In this document: positions 1-9,837 of the stretch, one piece after another | Numbering within the stretch: the stretch's first letter is position 1 | How the letters are laid out: each line of letters opens with the position of its first letter | From: a virus | Virus record (IMG/VR): IMGVR_UViG_3300042197_004918 | Location: 109,818 to 173,817 of that record | DNA length: 64,000 bases | Strand: one strand, 5' to 3' | Notes under the pieces: generated by a model | Seen by the model: only the letters and a program-made list of their open reading frames with translations | The model's database searches: none | What the model was told of the DNA's origin: nothing | Program-made: the position numbers and the translations under genes

Positions 1-174
1 GCTTCCATCGGGCATCATTCCTCTCACACAAATTCCCCATCCCAGGTCGTCTTCTTCCCATTTTTCCAAAGTGATATGTTTCTTTAATTCGTATTCCTCA
101 TTATAGTCATACACTTGGGTCCCTGACCTAAACCACGAAGAAGGTTCTTTTACTGTAAGTTTTACGTATTTCAT
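1..174 (-). CDS. hypothetical protein, runs off the window edge
   Basis: Open frame MKYVKLTVKEPSSW..., ATG overlaps the stop of the GIY-YIG gene. Confidence 0.6.
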   Translation of the reverse strand, partial: MKYVKLTVKEPSSWFRSGTQVYDYNEEYELKKHITLEKWEEDDLGWGICVRGMMPDGS

Positions 175-428
175 ATCAATATCAATGCCAACTTTTCTTT
201 TCTCGAAAGTTTCTTTATTTGGTGTTCACGCTTTAATGCTTCGGATTTGGTTTTTAACTCTTCTGAATACACTAATGTCACCGGTGTTCTTCGTCGAGTA
301 TATTTAGCGCCCTTCCCACGATTATGAGTCTTTACTCGTTTTTCCAAATCATCGGTGTAGCCACAATATAATGTGTTATCTACACATCTCAGTAGGTATA
401 CAAAGTAAACTTTTGTGATATTATTCAT
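171..428 (-). CDS. GIY-YIG nuclease (small UPF0213/YazA-like)
   Basis: FVYLLRC..LYCGYT.DLEKRVKTHN.GKGAKYTR..A.K.E motif. Confidence 0.9.
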   Translation of the reverse strand: MNNITKVYFVYLLRCVDNTLYCGYTDDLEKRVKTHNRGKGAKYTRRRTPVTLVYSEELKTKSEALKREHQIKKLSRKEKLALILI

Positions 429-813
429 TTATTCCTGCGAACTCTTCCGCTCCAGAACTTACATCGGAATAAAAAAACCTTGTGTTTCCGTGGACATTAA
501 GTTCCAAATTTCTTTCTAAATCCATCCTTGAACAATTCTCAAGGGTTGAATAAATTTGGTCAGTTGACTTCTGAAACAGTCGAATAGTGGTATCTCTGAC
601 GATTGATATGTTATTCCCCATATAAAGCATAAACTAGGTTTAAATCTGATATTGTCCGAACGGCACTTTCGATTGGAATTGAAATAGATTGTGCTTCTAT
701 TCTATCCATTGTTTCTTTTGAAATTTCGTATAAGCATCTATTTGTCGAATTATGGTCTACCGAGTGGCTAAATTTTTCAAATACCCTATCAATTCGTCTG
801 TTTGCTGACAGTT

Positions 814-1107
814 TCATTTCATGTCTATGTAATGGAACACTAGCCCTGCCCATTCATCTTGAAGAAAATCGACTTCATCCGAATTTAATCTCGAAGAAAT
901 GGTTTTTGGCATATCAAGATAATCGGGGTAATCAAACGAACAAGCAAGGTCATCACTTAACGACTCACATTCACGTTTGGTTAACAACCTCATGCCATGT
1001 TCTGTAGCATATTCCTTTATTATTCGTTTTCCATTTCGATTAAACCACTCAACTGCCTTTTTGAGAGTTTTAGTGACTCGGCCGTAAGGATAGTCGGATG
1101 ATTTCAT
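814..1107 (-). CDS. hypothetical protein
   Basis: ORF coupled to thyA (overlap). Confidence 0.6.
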   Translation of the reverse strand: MKSSDYPYGRVTKTLKKAVEWFNRNGKRIIKEYATEHGMRLLTKRECESLSDDLACSFDYPDYLDMPKTISSRLNSDEVDFLQDEWAGLVFHYIDMK

Positions 1108-2276
1108 ACAGCCACCGCCGCTTTAATTGCATCCTGCGGATGGTATCCGGTCAATTCTATGTCTTCAAATTTTATATCAAATATGGATTTGCCCGGAGTC
1201 TTAATCGTCACTCTTGGAAGTTCTCCGGGATGTCTTCCCAGTTGAGTCTTGGACTGTTCGACATGATTCTCATACAAGTGTAGGTCAGCTATACTTGCTA
1301 CCAACGTTCCTACCACCATGTTTAGTTGATTTGCTACCAGATGGGTTAATAGGGCGTAGAATGCGTCATTATAAGGCTTTCCTAAGAAAATATCGTTTGA
1401 CCTCATCGAATAGTAACAATTCAATCGCCTGGTAGGAATGTTATGATACTTTCTTTCTCCCTCCGAACCGTTTCCGGTGAAAGGTTTATCTTTTGGCCAA
1501 CACTTTTCGTGAAGCAATCTGTTTTGTTCATCCAACGTCAGCTCTTCCGTCCCAAATTGAATATAGTTGTGACAGGCAGGAAGAACCGCATCTTCCTTTC
1601 GGTTACTGTGGAACGGGTGCCATGCTGAAATGATTATCCTACGACTGTCTGGGTTTGTTTTTAAATCGTTTAAGGCGGTTGACAACTGGTCGATTTCGAT
1701 ACTGTCTTCTTCATACGACATATCCGCGCCTGCCTGCCACGTTCTAGCCGGAAATCTCCGCCACAGACCACCGTAAGCAAACTTTCCCACGCTACCGAAT
1801 CGAAATGCAAAGATTTCGTTGTCAACAATCCGTTGTTCAAATTCTTTTTGTGTAAACGGTCGGTTACTTCTAGCACCAATATCCATGCCATAAAATGTTC
1901 CTCCCTCGGTGCAAATTGCCATACCGTTTTCTTCATAATGTTTGAGATATGACTGATACGGCCACTCCGTCCAGAAAGTCACTCCGTTTTGAAGCAAATA
2001 ACGGATGTTTGTGTCTCCGTGAATCATCCACAAAAGTTCGTGAACCACACTTTTCCAATACATCTTCTTTGTGGTCATCAAAGGAAATCCCTGATTCAGG
2101 TCAATGTGTGTCTGCCGGCCCCATACCTTACGGGTATCAATTCCTGTTCTGTTTGAGGATTTTCTACCGTTTGAAAATACATCGAATAACAATGCAAAGT
2201 AATCTGATTCGTATTTATTCATATTCTTCTTTAATAATCTCCAAAAGACTTTGTAGTTCGTCTTTATCAATGCCAC
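1104..2276 (-). CDS. thyA: thymidylate synthase (start may be the M at 2222)
   Basis: RTG, FPLMTTKK, ELLW, DSRR, LPACH (catalytic Cys), RSNDIFLG.PYN, DLHLYENH. Confidence 0.97.
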   Translation of the reverse strand: MALIKTNYKVFWRLLKKNMNKYESDYFALLFDVFSNGRKSSNRTGIDTRKVWGRQTHIDLNQGFPLMTTKKMYWKSVVHELLWMIHGDTNIRYLLQNGVTFWTEWPYQSYLKHYEENGMAICTEGGTFYGMDIGARSNRPFTQKEFEQRIVDNEIFAFRFGSVGKFAYGGLWRRFPARTWQAGADMSYEEDSIEIDQLSTALNDLKTNPDSRRIIISAWHPFHSNRKEDAVLPACHNYIQFGTEELTLDEQNRLLHEKCWPKDKPFTGNGSEGERKYHNIPTRRLNCYYSMRSNDIFLGKPYNDAFYALLTHLVANQLNMVVGTLVASIADLHLYENHVEQSKTQLGRHPGELPRVTIKTPGKSIFDIKFEDIELTGYHPQDAIKAAVAV

Positions 2277-2610
2277 CGTTCATATAGGCCACGAACGGAT
2301 AGTAACCTTTTTTAATCTCAACTGTGGCAGCACTGTTCTCATATACATCAGTTTTCTCTATGAGACTCCACTGATGGCCGCCGATATACTCCCATTTTCT
2401 GTTTTTCATAAAATCGGATTAACGTCACGATTTAATTGGACTATAAACGCAACATCAGCTGTATAGGCAGCTTTGGATAATGGGTCTATGAACAGCATAT
2501 ATGGAGAATTGAGTTCCCAACCTGCTTTTGCTAAAAATTCGTTGATATACTCGACGGCTTCTTTCCCAGCTTCCACTCGTTCACTCGTTCTCATATTCAT
2601 AAATCAACGG

Positions 2611-2859
2611 TTATCTTTTAACAAATTTACTAAATTTTCGGTATTCATTCGCGTGGTCGTAAGAGTCGAACGACATACGTTTGTCACAATCAAGACATCT
2701 TACCACCACCCAATATTTATCATCCATAGGATCAAAATTTCCCGTATTTGAATCATAATGTGCATCAACACTCTCATGTGAACATTCGGCTTGAAGATTT
2801 CTCAACTGAACATTGAGTTTATCAATTTTCTTGATGACGGATTCAATTTTCGTATTCAT
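2611..2859 (-). CDS. hypothetical small Cys/His protein
   Basis: ORF in packed operon, CxH and CxxC. Confidence 0.6.
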   Translation of the reverse strand: MNTKIESVIKKIDKLNVQLRNLQAECSHESVDAHYDSNTGNFDPMDDKYWVVVRCLDCDKRMSFDSYDHANEYRKFSKFVKR

Positions 2860-3142
2860 AAATCATCTTTTCCACTTTTGCCCACTCTTCGTTGGACTTT
2901 TTAGCAACAGCAAGTTCTACAGCCATGTGGCCTGCGGCCACTTCTATCTGAGCTTCCACGGAATTCATCTTTTCGGTGAATCCAAGGGAGAACCTTTCGT
3001 CCGATTTTTCCATCCTATCCTTTAATTCCATCAATCTGTCAAATTCTGCAATCCAGAAGTTGGCGGAGGATTTAATCATGGTGTCGGATTCGCCTTGGTC
3101 TATTAACCTCTCACGGGATTTCTTTGTAAGTGTCTTTTTCAT
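2843..3142 (-). CDS. hypothetical protein
   Basis: ORF overlapping its neighbours in the operon. Confidence 0.6.
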   Translation of the reverse strand: MKKTLTKKSRERLIDQGESDTMIKSSANFWIAEFDRLMELKDRMEKSDERFSLGFTEKMNSVEAQIEVAAGHMAVELAVAKKSNEEWAKVEKMIYEYEN

Positions 3143-3612
3143 TCGGTGAAGTATTCTCTGACGGTGTTTTCTAGTATTTTTCTGAGCTGTGGTGGGATGT
3201 TGTATTTTTGAGAGTTGATTTCGATGGATTTTCTTATATTTCCATCTTTATTCCGCATCGTAGCAGCTTTCCAGTCGGCCAACATTTCCAATACGTCAAC
3301 CAACGTCATGTCTTCTACACCATTCGGCCAGTGTTCAGGGTGATGACGGTTCTTTGAATAATGGTGGGTTATGGCCGGGCGGACTTCATCCAACAATTTC
3401 TTATATTCATCGCTTCCATAAACAGTTTCACCTAATTTGTGAGTGTTAGCTGCGAAGATTTCAAGTTCCGGTTCTTCAAACTTGGAATTATCGTGGTTTT
3501 CTCCACGGATGATTAAATCGGTAACGAACAGATTGAGGTTTTTCTGAACGGTTCTTACGTGTTTATGAGTCTCGGCCAAACAATGGCTAATCTCATGGTC
3601 TGTAGCTTTCAT
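3139..3612 (-). CDS. HD-like phosphohydrolase (DUF5662-like)
   Basis: H..HD.SKF..HHY..NRHHPEH..EMLADW. Confidence 0.75.
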   Translation of the reverse strand: MKATDHEISHCLAETHKHVRTVQKNLNLFVTDLIIRGENHDNSKFEEPELEIFAANTHKLGETVYGSDEYKKLLDEVRPAITHHYSKNRHHPEHWPNGVEDMTLVDVLEMLADWKAATMRNKDGNIRKSIEINSQKYNIPPQLRKILENTVREYFTE

Positions 3613-3613
3613 A

Positions 3614-4084
3614 TCACCGACTATATTTCACAACACGATGTCCGTCAAATTCTTTTACCACCGACTGTGTAGGCAATAAATGTTCAAACGGAGGCATGAA
3701 TGTGTCGCCTTCATATTTCCCCGCGACGTGTGTGACGTAAAACTCGGTGATTCTATGTAAGAACTGTTCGTAAATCTTGGCGCCGCCACAGATTATAACA
3801 TCTTCCGGTGCTTCGTCGGCAACTATTTTACCACAACTTACAATAAACCACTCTTCAATCGTGGTGTCGCCCTTCATCCAATTCTCCGTATTGGATGCTA
3901 CTACAATATGTCTCTTCGGGAGGTATCCCCTACCAAAAGATTCGTAGGTTTTTCTCCCAACCAAAATGGTTTTATCCATAGTGATTGATTTGAACCATTT
4001 AAAATCCTCTTGGATTGACGGCCAAGGAAGCCTTCCGTTTAACCCCAAGACTCTCCCCTCTGACATGGCAGCAACAGCAATCAT
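3614..4084 (-). CDS. folA: dihydrofolate reductase
   Basis: LPW, DFKWFK, GRKTYES, LPKR, GGAKIY, GDTFMP. Confidence 0.95.
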   Translation of the reverse strand: MIAVAAMSEGRVLGLNGRLPWPSIQEDFKWFKSITMDKTILVGRKTYESFGRGYLPKRHIVVASNTENWMKGDTTIEEWFIVSCGKIVADEAPEDVIICGGAKIYEQFLHRITEFYVTHVAGKYEGDTFMPPFEHLLPTQSVVKEFDGHRVVKYSR

Positions 4085-4239
4085 TCGAGTGCGACCATTT
4101 TCTTAGATACACCGTTGGTGTTATAGGCGTAGTTAATCGTTTCCACATCCTTCTTGGAAAGAAGGTATTCAACGTTATCCACTCTGTCACCTGTGACTGA
4201 ATCTACAAGTTTGTATTTTTCGTAGTTTTTTTCCATATC

Positions 4240-4638
4240 TTATGTAGTTTTAATTGTCATTACTCTATACACCGACTCAAACCCATTGACGTCAGCAATC
4301 TTAATCACCAAATCTTTTTCCGTTGAGAAATAGTGAGTCACAAACTTAAATTTTGAAGACTTATCTTTGAATCCCTTCTCAAGAGCCTTCTGTAAGAACT
4401 CCGTGAACTCTGCTTCAGATAATTCGGTTTTCTTTGCTTTATCTACAGCCGGTTCTTCTGACTCGATACCAGATAAAAACGCATCAACCTTCTTGTCGTC
4501 GTGAAACACTCTATCTCTTAAAATAGATACTAATGCTTCTCTACTCTCCGACTGGTCAATTTTTTCAAGAGTCGGATCCTTAGAAATTTCTTTGGTGAGT
4601 TTGAGTTTTACTTTGGTTGCGAGGGTTTTCAATTCCAT
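4240..4638 (-). CDS. hypothetical protein
   Basis: ORF; start reassigned to the ATG just after a TTGACT..TATCAT promoter. Confidence 0.65.
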   Translation of the reverse strand: MELKTLATKVKLKLTKEISKDPTLEKIDQSESREALVSILRDRVFHDDKKVDAFLSGIESEEPAVDKAKKTELSEAEFTEFLQKALEKGFKDKSSKFKFVTHYFSTEKDLVIKIADVNGFESVYRVMTIKTT

Positions 4639-4685
4639 AGAAACATGATAGTAGATTTCTGCCAAAAGTCAATTCCGTAATTACT

Positions 4686-5288
4686 TCAATCCCAAAGGTT
4701 TCTGAAGTATTTTCCGAAAAGTTCAAATCCCTCGTCAACTCTTTTTTCGTGATTGAAAACAGGTGACCAATCAATAGGGCGTTCATCCGCTGCTTTGAAT
4801 GTAGTTCCTCTTTCCTCAACCGAAACCACAATTTGACGTTTATCGTATCCGGGTGGATAAATTGGGTCAACGTCATCCCCATGATGTTCCATAGACCAGA
4901 TGATTTTGTCTAAAATAGCTTCCCACTTTTCGTGAGCAGTGGGCGTCACGGTGACATCCTTAATAAAGTCGAAATAAAGCTGCTGAGTTGCATTCAAGTC
5001 GTCAGCCTCAGTGCAAAAATACACAGGATGTCCACTTAGATTGTCTCTAAGCTGTTTAAGTCTCGGTAAAGACCACTTTGAACAGTGAGAATAGAAGTCA
5101 AAAGACTCTTCGGACGGAAATCCATCACGAATCGACTGCCCCTTTTTTCTAAACCAATATGAAATGTCATTCCACCACCATTTCGGTGTGTATTGGATCC
5201 GTTCCCACCACTTTAGCGGAGTAAAATCAAACCCAAATGCTGAAACATAATCTCCGACTTTTAATTCTTTTCGTTTAGCCATAACCAT
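4686..5288 (-). CDS. hypothetical phage protein
   Basis: 200 aa ORF ending GFELFGKYFRNLWD, a C-terminus recurrent in large phages. Confidence 0.7.
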   Translation of the reverse strand: MVMAKRKELKVGDYVSAFGFDFTPLKWWERIQYTPKWWWNDISYWFRKKGQSIRDGFPSEESFDFYSHCSKWSLPRLKQLRDNLSGHPVYFCTEADDLNATQQLYFDFIKDVTVTPTAHEKWEAILDKIIWSMEHHGDDVDPIYPPGYDKRQIVVSVEERGTTFKAADERPIDWSPVFNHEKRVDEGFELFGKYFRNLWD

Positions 5289-5293
5289 TTATA

Positions 5294-5593
5294 CTACGAC
5301 TCATCCTCAATGTCAATACCTTCGTTATAATATGAATATTCACAACACGGATACTCTCTACCAAGTTCATCGGTGTGGACCCATACCATGCCTTCTTTTA
5401 TCCACTTGAACTCCTTTTCTGGAGGATTTTGTCCCACATTTAATCCGTCATAAGTAGCATCCGGGTTCTCCGGCGTAAGTTCTCGGTTACAGCTACATCC
5501 ACGAGAAACACAGTTTTCACAAAAATCTCCGTTTCCTGGCATATAAGACCACACAGCCATTTCCTTTGCACACGTATCACACAGTTTTTTCAT
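5294..5593 (-). CDS. Cys-rich hypothetical protein
   Basis: CxxC, CxxC..GCSC, GREYPCCEY. Confidence 0.65.
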   Translation of the reverse strand: MKKLCDTCAKEMAVWSYMPGNGDFCENCVSRGCSCNRELTPENPDATYDGLNVGQNPPEKEFKWIKEGMVWVHTDELGREYPCCEYSYYNEGIDIEDES

Positions 5594-5594
5594 T

Positions 5595-6089
5595 TTAAGT
5601 TAAACGTATGTATTTTATCTCTTCCGACGAAAGCTTTTGTTTAACAGATTCCCAAATTTTTGACTTCTTTTCTTTAAGAGCATCTCTCTTCTGTTTTAAC
5701 GTCAACTTCTTCTGTTCTACGACTGACTTATGTTTGGATACCTCTCTATCAAATTCTTTTTTAAAATCCGCTTCCCATAACCATCTAGTAGGAAACGAGT
5801 TATCGCAACCGTAAGGTTCTGGTAAAGATGCATAATCCCCACCTACGGTTATTTCCGTCTTATACTCGACTATATCAAAATCTCCGTCGTGGCCGTCTTC
5901 TCCATATCCACAGTTTCCGTAGTCAATCCAACCTTTTTTGTTGATATTCGGAAGCATGACGTTAACAATTTCATAAAATCGGTCATTTATTTTCGATATT
6001 ATCTCATCATATCTTTGACAAGTTATCTTTGGATTATACAACGACTCGAAATCTTTTTTTGTTATCGTATTATTCATATGTTTCTTCAA
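5595..6089 (-). CDS. hypothetical protein
   Basis: ORF in operon. Confidence 0.65.
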   Translation of the reverse strand: MKKHMNNTITKKDFESLYNPKITCQRYDEIISKINDRFYEIVNVMLPNINKKGWIDYGNCGYGEDGHDGDFDIVEYKTEITVGGDYASLPEPYGCDNSFPTRWLWEADFKKEFDREVSKHKSVVEQKKLTLKQKRDALKEKKSKIWESVKQKLSSEEIKYIRLT

Positions 6090-6447
6090 AGTGAGTGTAT
6101 CCGGCCTTTTTTAACTTCTCAAGTCCCTCGTTTAAGTCAGCGGTATATTCATAGGTGCTTTCCATAGACTCGTGAAATCCATTCGGAATAAATCTACCAA
6201 AATTCTTCAAACCCGAGTTGTAATAGAAATCTTTGAACTCACCTTTCTTGATTATCCCCAAAATATATTGAGGTGGCCCACCGTATGCGGCCCTGAGATA
6301 TTGAACTGCAAGGGTCAATTTTTTAGACTTCGCTTCGGCTTTTATCGAATTGTTACTCAGTGACTCTTCATACTCAGCAACATCCTTATGTCGGCGCCTC
6401 ACTTCGGCAAGCAAATCTCCGATTGGTATTTTTGATAAATCTTTCAT
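6070..6447 (-). CDS. hypothetical protein
   Basis: ORF in operon. Confidence 0.65.
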   Translation of the reverse strand: MKDLSKIPIGDLLAEVRRRHKDVAEYEESLSNNSIKAEAKSKKLTLAVQYLRAAYGGPPQYILGIIKKGEFKDFYYNSGLKNFGRFIPNGFHESMESTYEYTADLNEGLEKLKKAGYTHFEETYE

Positions 6448-7055
6448 ATTTCGTAAATCTTTCCATCTAACATAGTCTTGACCCCCAACTTAGCACTCAC
6501 AACTCTGACTTTGATGTGGGATTCATAAATCATCAAGTCGCTTCTTGCTCCACTAGCCGCCCACTTCTCTCGTGCAGCCTCTAATGAAAGCCCATGTTCC
6601 CACTCCTCGTGCAAAACTATCTCTGAAATTCCTGATTGGATTATGGCCCGAGTGCAATCGCTACACGGAAGTCCCTGTGTGTATAGAGTTGTTCCTAAAG
6701 TAGATATACCATTTCTGGCACAGTGGTAGATGCTGTTCCTCTCCGCGTGTTCTGCCCAAAAATACTTTTCGGGTCTTTCGTGTCGTTCGGGGAAAGTGTC
6801 TATAACTCCTCGACAAAATCCGTTATATCCCTCACTTATTACCGCATTGTTTCTTACAATTACCGCACCAATCTTTGTCATCTTATCCTTGCTTTTTGAA
6901 GCAATAAGATATACGTGTCTCAAAAACAATTCATCCCAATTTGGGATTTTCCAATCAGAATGGTCCACTATATCCCTCCATAATGTCCTGTCCAGCATGA
7001 AACGTCTCCCACCATTCTGAATATTGTTGAACTTGATTCTCGTGGATAAGGTCAT
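6444..7055 (-). CDS. dCMP deaminase
   Basis: GYNG, HAE and PCxxC zinc motifs. Confidence 0.93.
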   Translation of the reverse strand: MTLSTRIKFNNIQNGGRRFMLDRTLWRDIVDHSDWKIPNWDELFLRHVYLIASKSKDKMTKIGAVIVRNNAVISEGYNGFCRGVIDTFPERHERPEKYFWAEHAERNSIYHCARNGISTLGTTLYTQGLPCSDCTRAIIQSGISEIVLHEEWEHGLSLEAAREKWAASGARSDLMIYESHIKVRVVSAKLGVKTMLDGKIYEI

Positions 7056-7197
7056 TCAAAGCACATTTTAAAGCCTCTACGTTGGCTACATCTTCGGTTG
7101 TGAATCCATGACTATCCACGAGGTCAATGATTTCTTCGACGAGCTGATATGGTGATTTCTCTGTCATAAAGGTATCTTACATCCGAACAATGCTCGG

Positions 7198-7860
7198 TCA
7201 ACTTTTTTCATTAACATGGTGGTCAACTTCTTTGATTTTTTTCTTGGACATTACACTCTTAATGTCATCGAAGGAATATGGTCCGAGATTTCCATCCCAT
7301 CCGATGTCCAGTATCAACCCTTCCTTAGCGTCTGCCCTGGTAGCAGGAAAGCTATAGTGACTGTGTCCACAAAGCATGAATGCACCTTCCTTCATAAAGT
7401 TCCACACAGAAAGAGGGTAGTGCATCATAATCAAAATCTGTCCATCAAGAAGAAGTTCTTGATAGTCTCCAAGAAAAATTACGTTCTTATAACGAAACGG
7501 CGTGACCTTAATATCCTCTCCATACTTCGCGAAAACTTCCCTCCGATAGACAGATTCCACCGGATTGTTATGGTTCCCCCACAACATATAGATGTTCTGG
7601 CAATTAATCCGTGAAAGATACCCCTCAAATTGAGACTCTTTTGTGTTTAAACAAAAATCTCCGATGAAGAACAACTTATCTTCTGGCTTAACCTTCTCGT
7701 TCAGTGTTGAGATGATATAATCTGTGCATTCATCTACGTTTTTGTGACCCCTCTTCTCCCAAACAAACGGTTTGTTATGTCCGAGGTGAAAGTCGCTACT
7801 AAACCAGACCTTAGAATTTTCTTCGGTCTTCATCTTCATCATGTGTGATATGTTTGACAT
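7198..7860 (-). CDS. calcineurin-like metallophosphoesterase
   Basis: SDFH, GDF, GNHN, MHYP, GHSH; start reassigned downstream of the promoter. Confidence 0.9.
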   Translation of the reverse strand: MSNISHMMKMKTEENSKVWFSSDFHLGHNKPFVWEKRGHKNVDECTDYIISTLNEKVKPEDKLFFIGDFCLNTKESQFEGYLSRINCQNIYMLWGNHNNPVESVYRREVFAKYGEDIKVTPFRYKNVIFLGDYQELLLDGQILIMMHYPLSVWNFMKEGAFMLCGHSHYSFPATRADAKEGLILDIGWDGNLGPYSFDDIKSVMSKKKIKEVDHHVNEKS

Positions 7861-7944
7861 TGTTTCTTCTAATGTAACACTCCGTTTGTAAATAGTCAAC
7901 GATATTAAATCGACAATCTTTCAGTGAATGTGTAATGTGTTGAT

Positions 7945-8382
7945 ATGGATACAGTCCCACCACCAAGTTTTGTAAAAAACCGATACAAACCGGTTACTCA
8001 ACGATTTGATGGGTCGTTTCATAAATTTGGGCCAGAGATGACTAAGCTGTTATCCGCCTATCCGTCGGAAAATCCTATTTGGTATGTGATTGGAGAAGAA
8101 TTCATAACCTCATACAAGTTAGTTAGAAGCGACGCACAACTTCTCGACCCCTGGAATCGTCCGTTTCCTGATGAAATGATTTCTAAGATGGTCACAGTGG
8201 AACTTCCCGAAAAACACGTAAAAATTCCAACCACTGTCAGTGGAACACTGTATATGTGCAATGTTTATGTGCGGGATTTAAATCAATTGGAGATCGACTG
8301 TAACGATTGTATAGGCAGAAACGAGTGTATAGAATGTAATAAAACTCGTCGGAAAATTGTCGTATTTCCAAAAATGAATTGA
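7945..8382 (+). CDS. hypothetical protein with C-terminal Cys motifs
   Basis: First ORF after the strand switch. Confidence 0.6.
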   Translation: MDTVPPPSFVKNRYKPVTQRFDGSFHKFGPEMTKLLSAYPSENPIWYVIGEEFITSYKLVRSDAQLLDPWNRPFPDEMISKMVTVELPEKHVKIPTTVSGTLYMCNVYVRDLNQLEIDCNDCIGRNECIECNKTRRKIVVFPKMN

Positions 8383-8394
8383 ATATTTATTGGC

Positions 8395-8769
8395 ATGAAC
8401 GAACTTTTGAAGAGTATCTTTATCGTGTCGATTTCCGTGGCATTATCAATGCAATGGTGTCATTCTCATTTTGATAAACGGCTGCCACCAGCTAGAACTG
8501 ACTCGCCAGCGCCAAAAAACATCCCTGCGTCAAAAATGATGACAGTGACAAACTACCTTACCATCACGAATTACGTCACGGTAACGAATATCGTCGAAAG
8601 TGTGCCAGCGGAGAAGAAATCAATCCTTTCTCCAGGAATACCGCTTCAGCAAGACACCCAATCGGTTTCATCCGTTGACATTCAACCACCGATTGAAAAC
8701 GAAACTCGTCTCCGTAAGATAGCCAAAGAGTTGACAGACATCTTAGATGAGGTTAAGATAAAGAAATGA
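8395..8769 (+). CDS. hypothetical protein with N-terminal hydrophobic segment
   Basis: Preceded by TATTTAT; VTN repeats. Confidence 0.6.
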   Translation: MNELLKSIFIVSISVALSMQWCHSHFDKRLPPARTDSPAPKNIPASKMMTVTNYLTITNYVTVTNIVESVPAEKKSILSPGIPLQQDTQSVSSVDIQPPIENETRLRKIAKELTDILDEVKIKK

Positions 8770-9785
8770 TAAAGTTAAAACCTATCGCGGAATCTATTAT
8801 TAAGGAGGGAGGAAAGCTCTTTGGAGCCAGAGCTCAACGTGTTTCCACGGCTGAAATGAACGCGGTTTTCAATGAAATTCAACAGGTCCTAAAACCCAAC
8901 TTTCAGAGAATGGAACTTTCCCGTGCGCTGAAGACAAAAGCAGACCACGGTGACATCGACATCGTGATTTTAAATCGAGACAAACTACTGATGATGGACG
9001 TTCTAAAGAAAGCGTTCGGAGACAGAATAGAAGACCTCAGTAGAAATGGAAACATATACAGCATCCTTTATAGATCTCCAGCAATAGGAAAAACCGTCCA
9101 CATTGATTTTCTGACCGCAGCCTCACCGGAGGCTTTCGATTCACAATGGGAATATCTAAGCTATAACGATTTCAGCGGAATCTTAGGAGTCTTCGCTCGT
9201 AGAATGAAGTTCATTTACGGGACACATGGTTTTTTTAAAATCTACATAGACAAAAAAGGAACGCACCATCACGTTTTTATAACAAATGATTTGAGAAAGG
9301 GGCTCAAGATATTGGGTTACACTGATATTAAGAAATATGACGACATAAGTTCGGTGGATGACATAGTTTCCTTCATAATAGACTCTCCGCTGTTCGCCAG
9401 CGAGGATTATGTGGGTCAAACCATGAATCACAGTGATAGAAAGAGAGTCCGTTCGGGTAGACCAACGGCCGATTACATCCGTAATAAGTTGATTTCTCTT
9501 AACATCCCTCGGAAGATAACCGACGAAGACTACTTCTTCAAGAAGCTTTATCCCGATGATTATACCAAATATTTAAAGAAGTGTGAGGAGATAGAATCGA
9601 CCGTCATACCAAAGAGTAAATATAACGGAGGATGGTTGATGGCTAATTTTCCAGAAATAAAGCCCGGTCCGTTTGTAGGGAAGGTTATTAAATTCTGGTT
9701 CGACACCTTTGGGGATAAACTGGATGATGTGGATGAAAGTGAACTTAAAAGAATTACGGCTGAATTCTTGAAGAAGAATACGTGA
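8766..9785 (+). CDS. Pol-beta-superfamily nucleotidyltransferase
   Basis: DHGDIDIV motif, third Asp in VHIDF; C-terminal IKPGP..G like CCA-enzyme tails. Confidence 0.7.
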   Translation: MIKLKPIAESIIKEGGKLFGARAQRVSTAEMNAVFNEIQQVLKPNFQRMELSRALKTKADHGDIDIVILNRDKLLMMDVLKKAFGDRIEDLSRNGNIYSILYRSPAIGKTVHIDFLTAASPEAFDSQWEYLSYNDFSGILGVFARRMKFIYGTHGFFKIYIDKKGTHHHVFITNDLRKGLKILGYTDIKKYDDISSVDDIVSFIIDSPLFASEDYVGQTMNHSDRKRVRSGRPTADYIRNKLISLNIPRKITDEDYFFKKLYPDDYTKYLKKCEEIESTVIPKSKYNGGWLMANFPEIKPGPFVGKVIKFWFDTFGDKLDDVDESELKRITAEFLKKNT

Positions 9786-9837
9786 ATAAATAACGTCGGC
9801 AATCCGTGGTAGACTATATTTATAGGGAGATATAGAT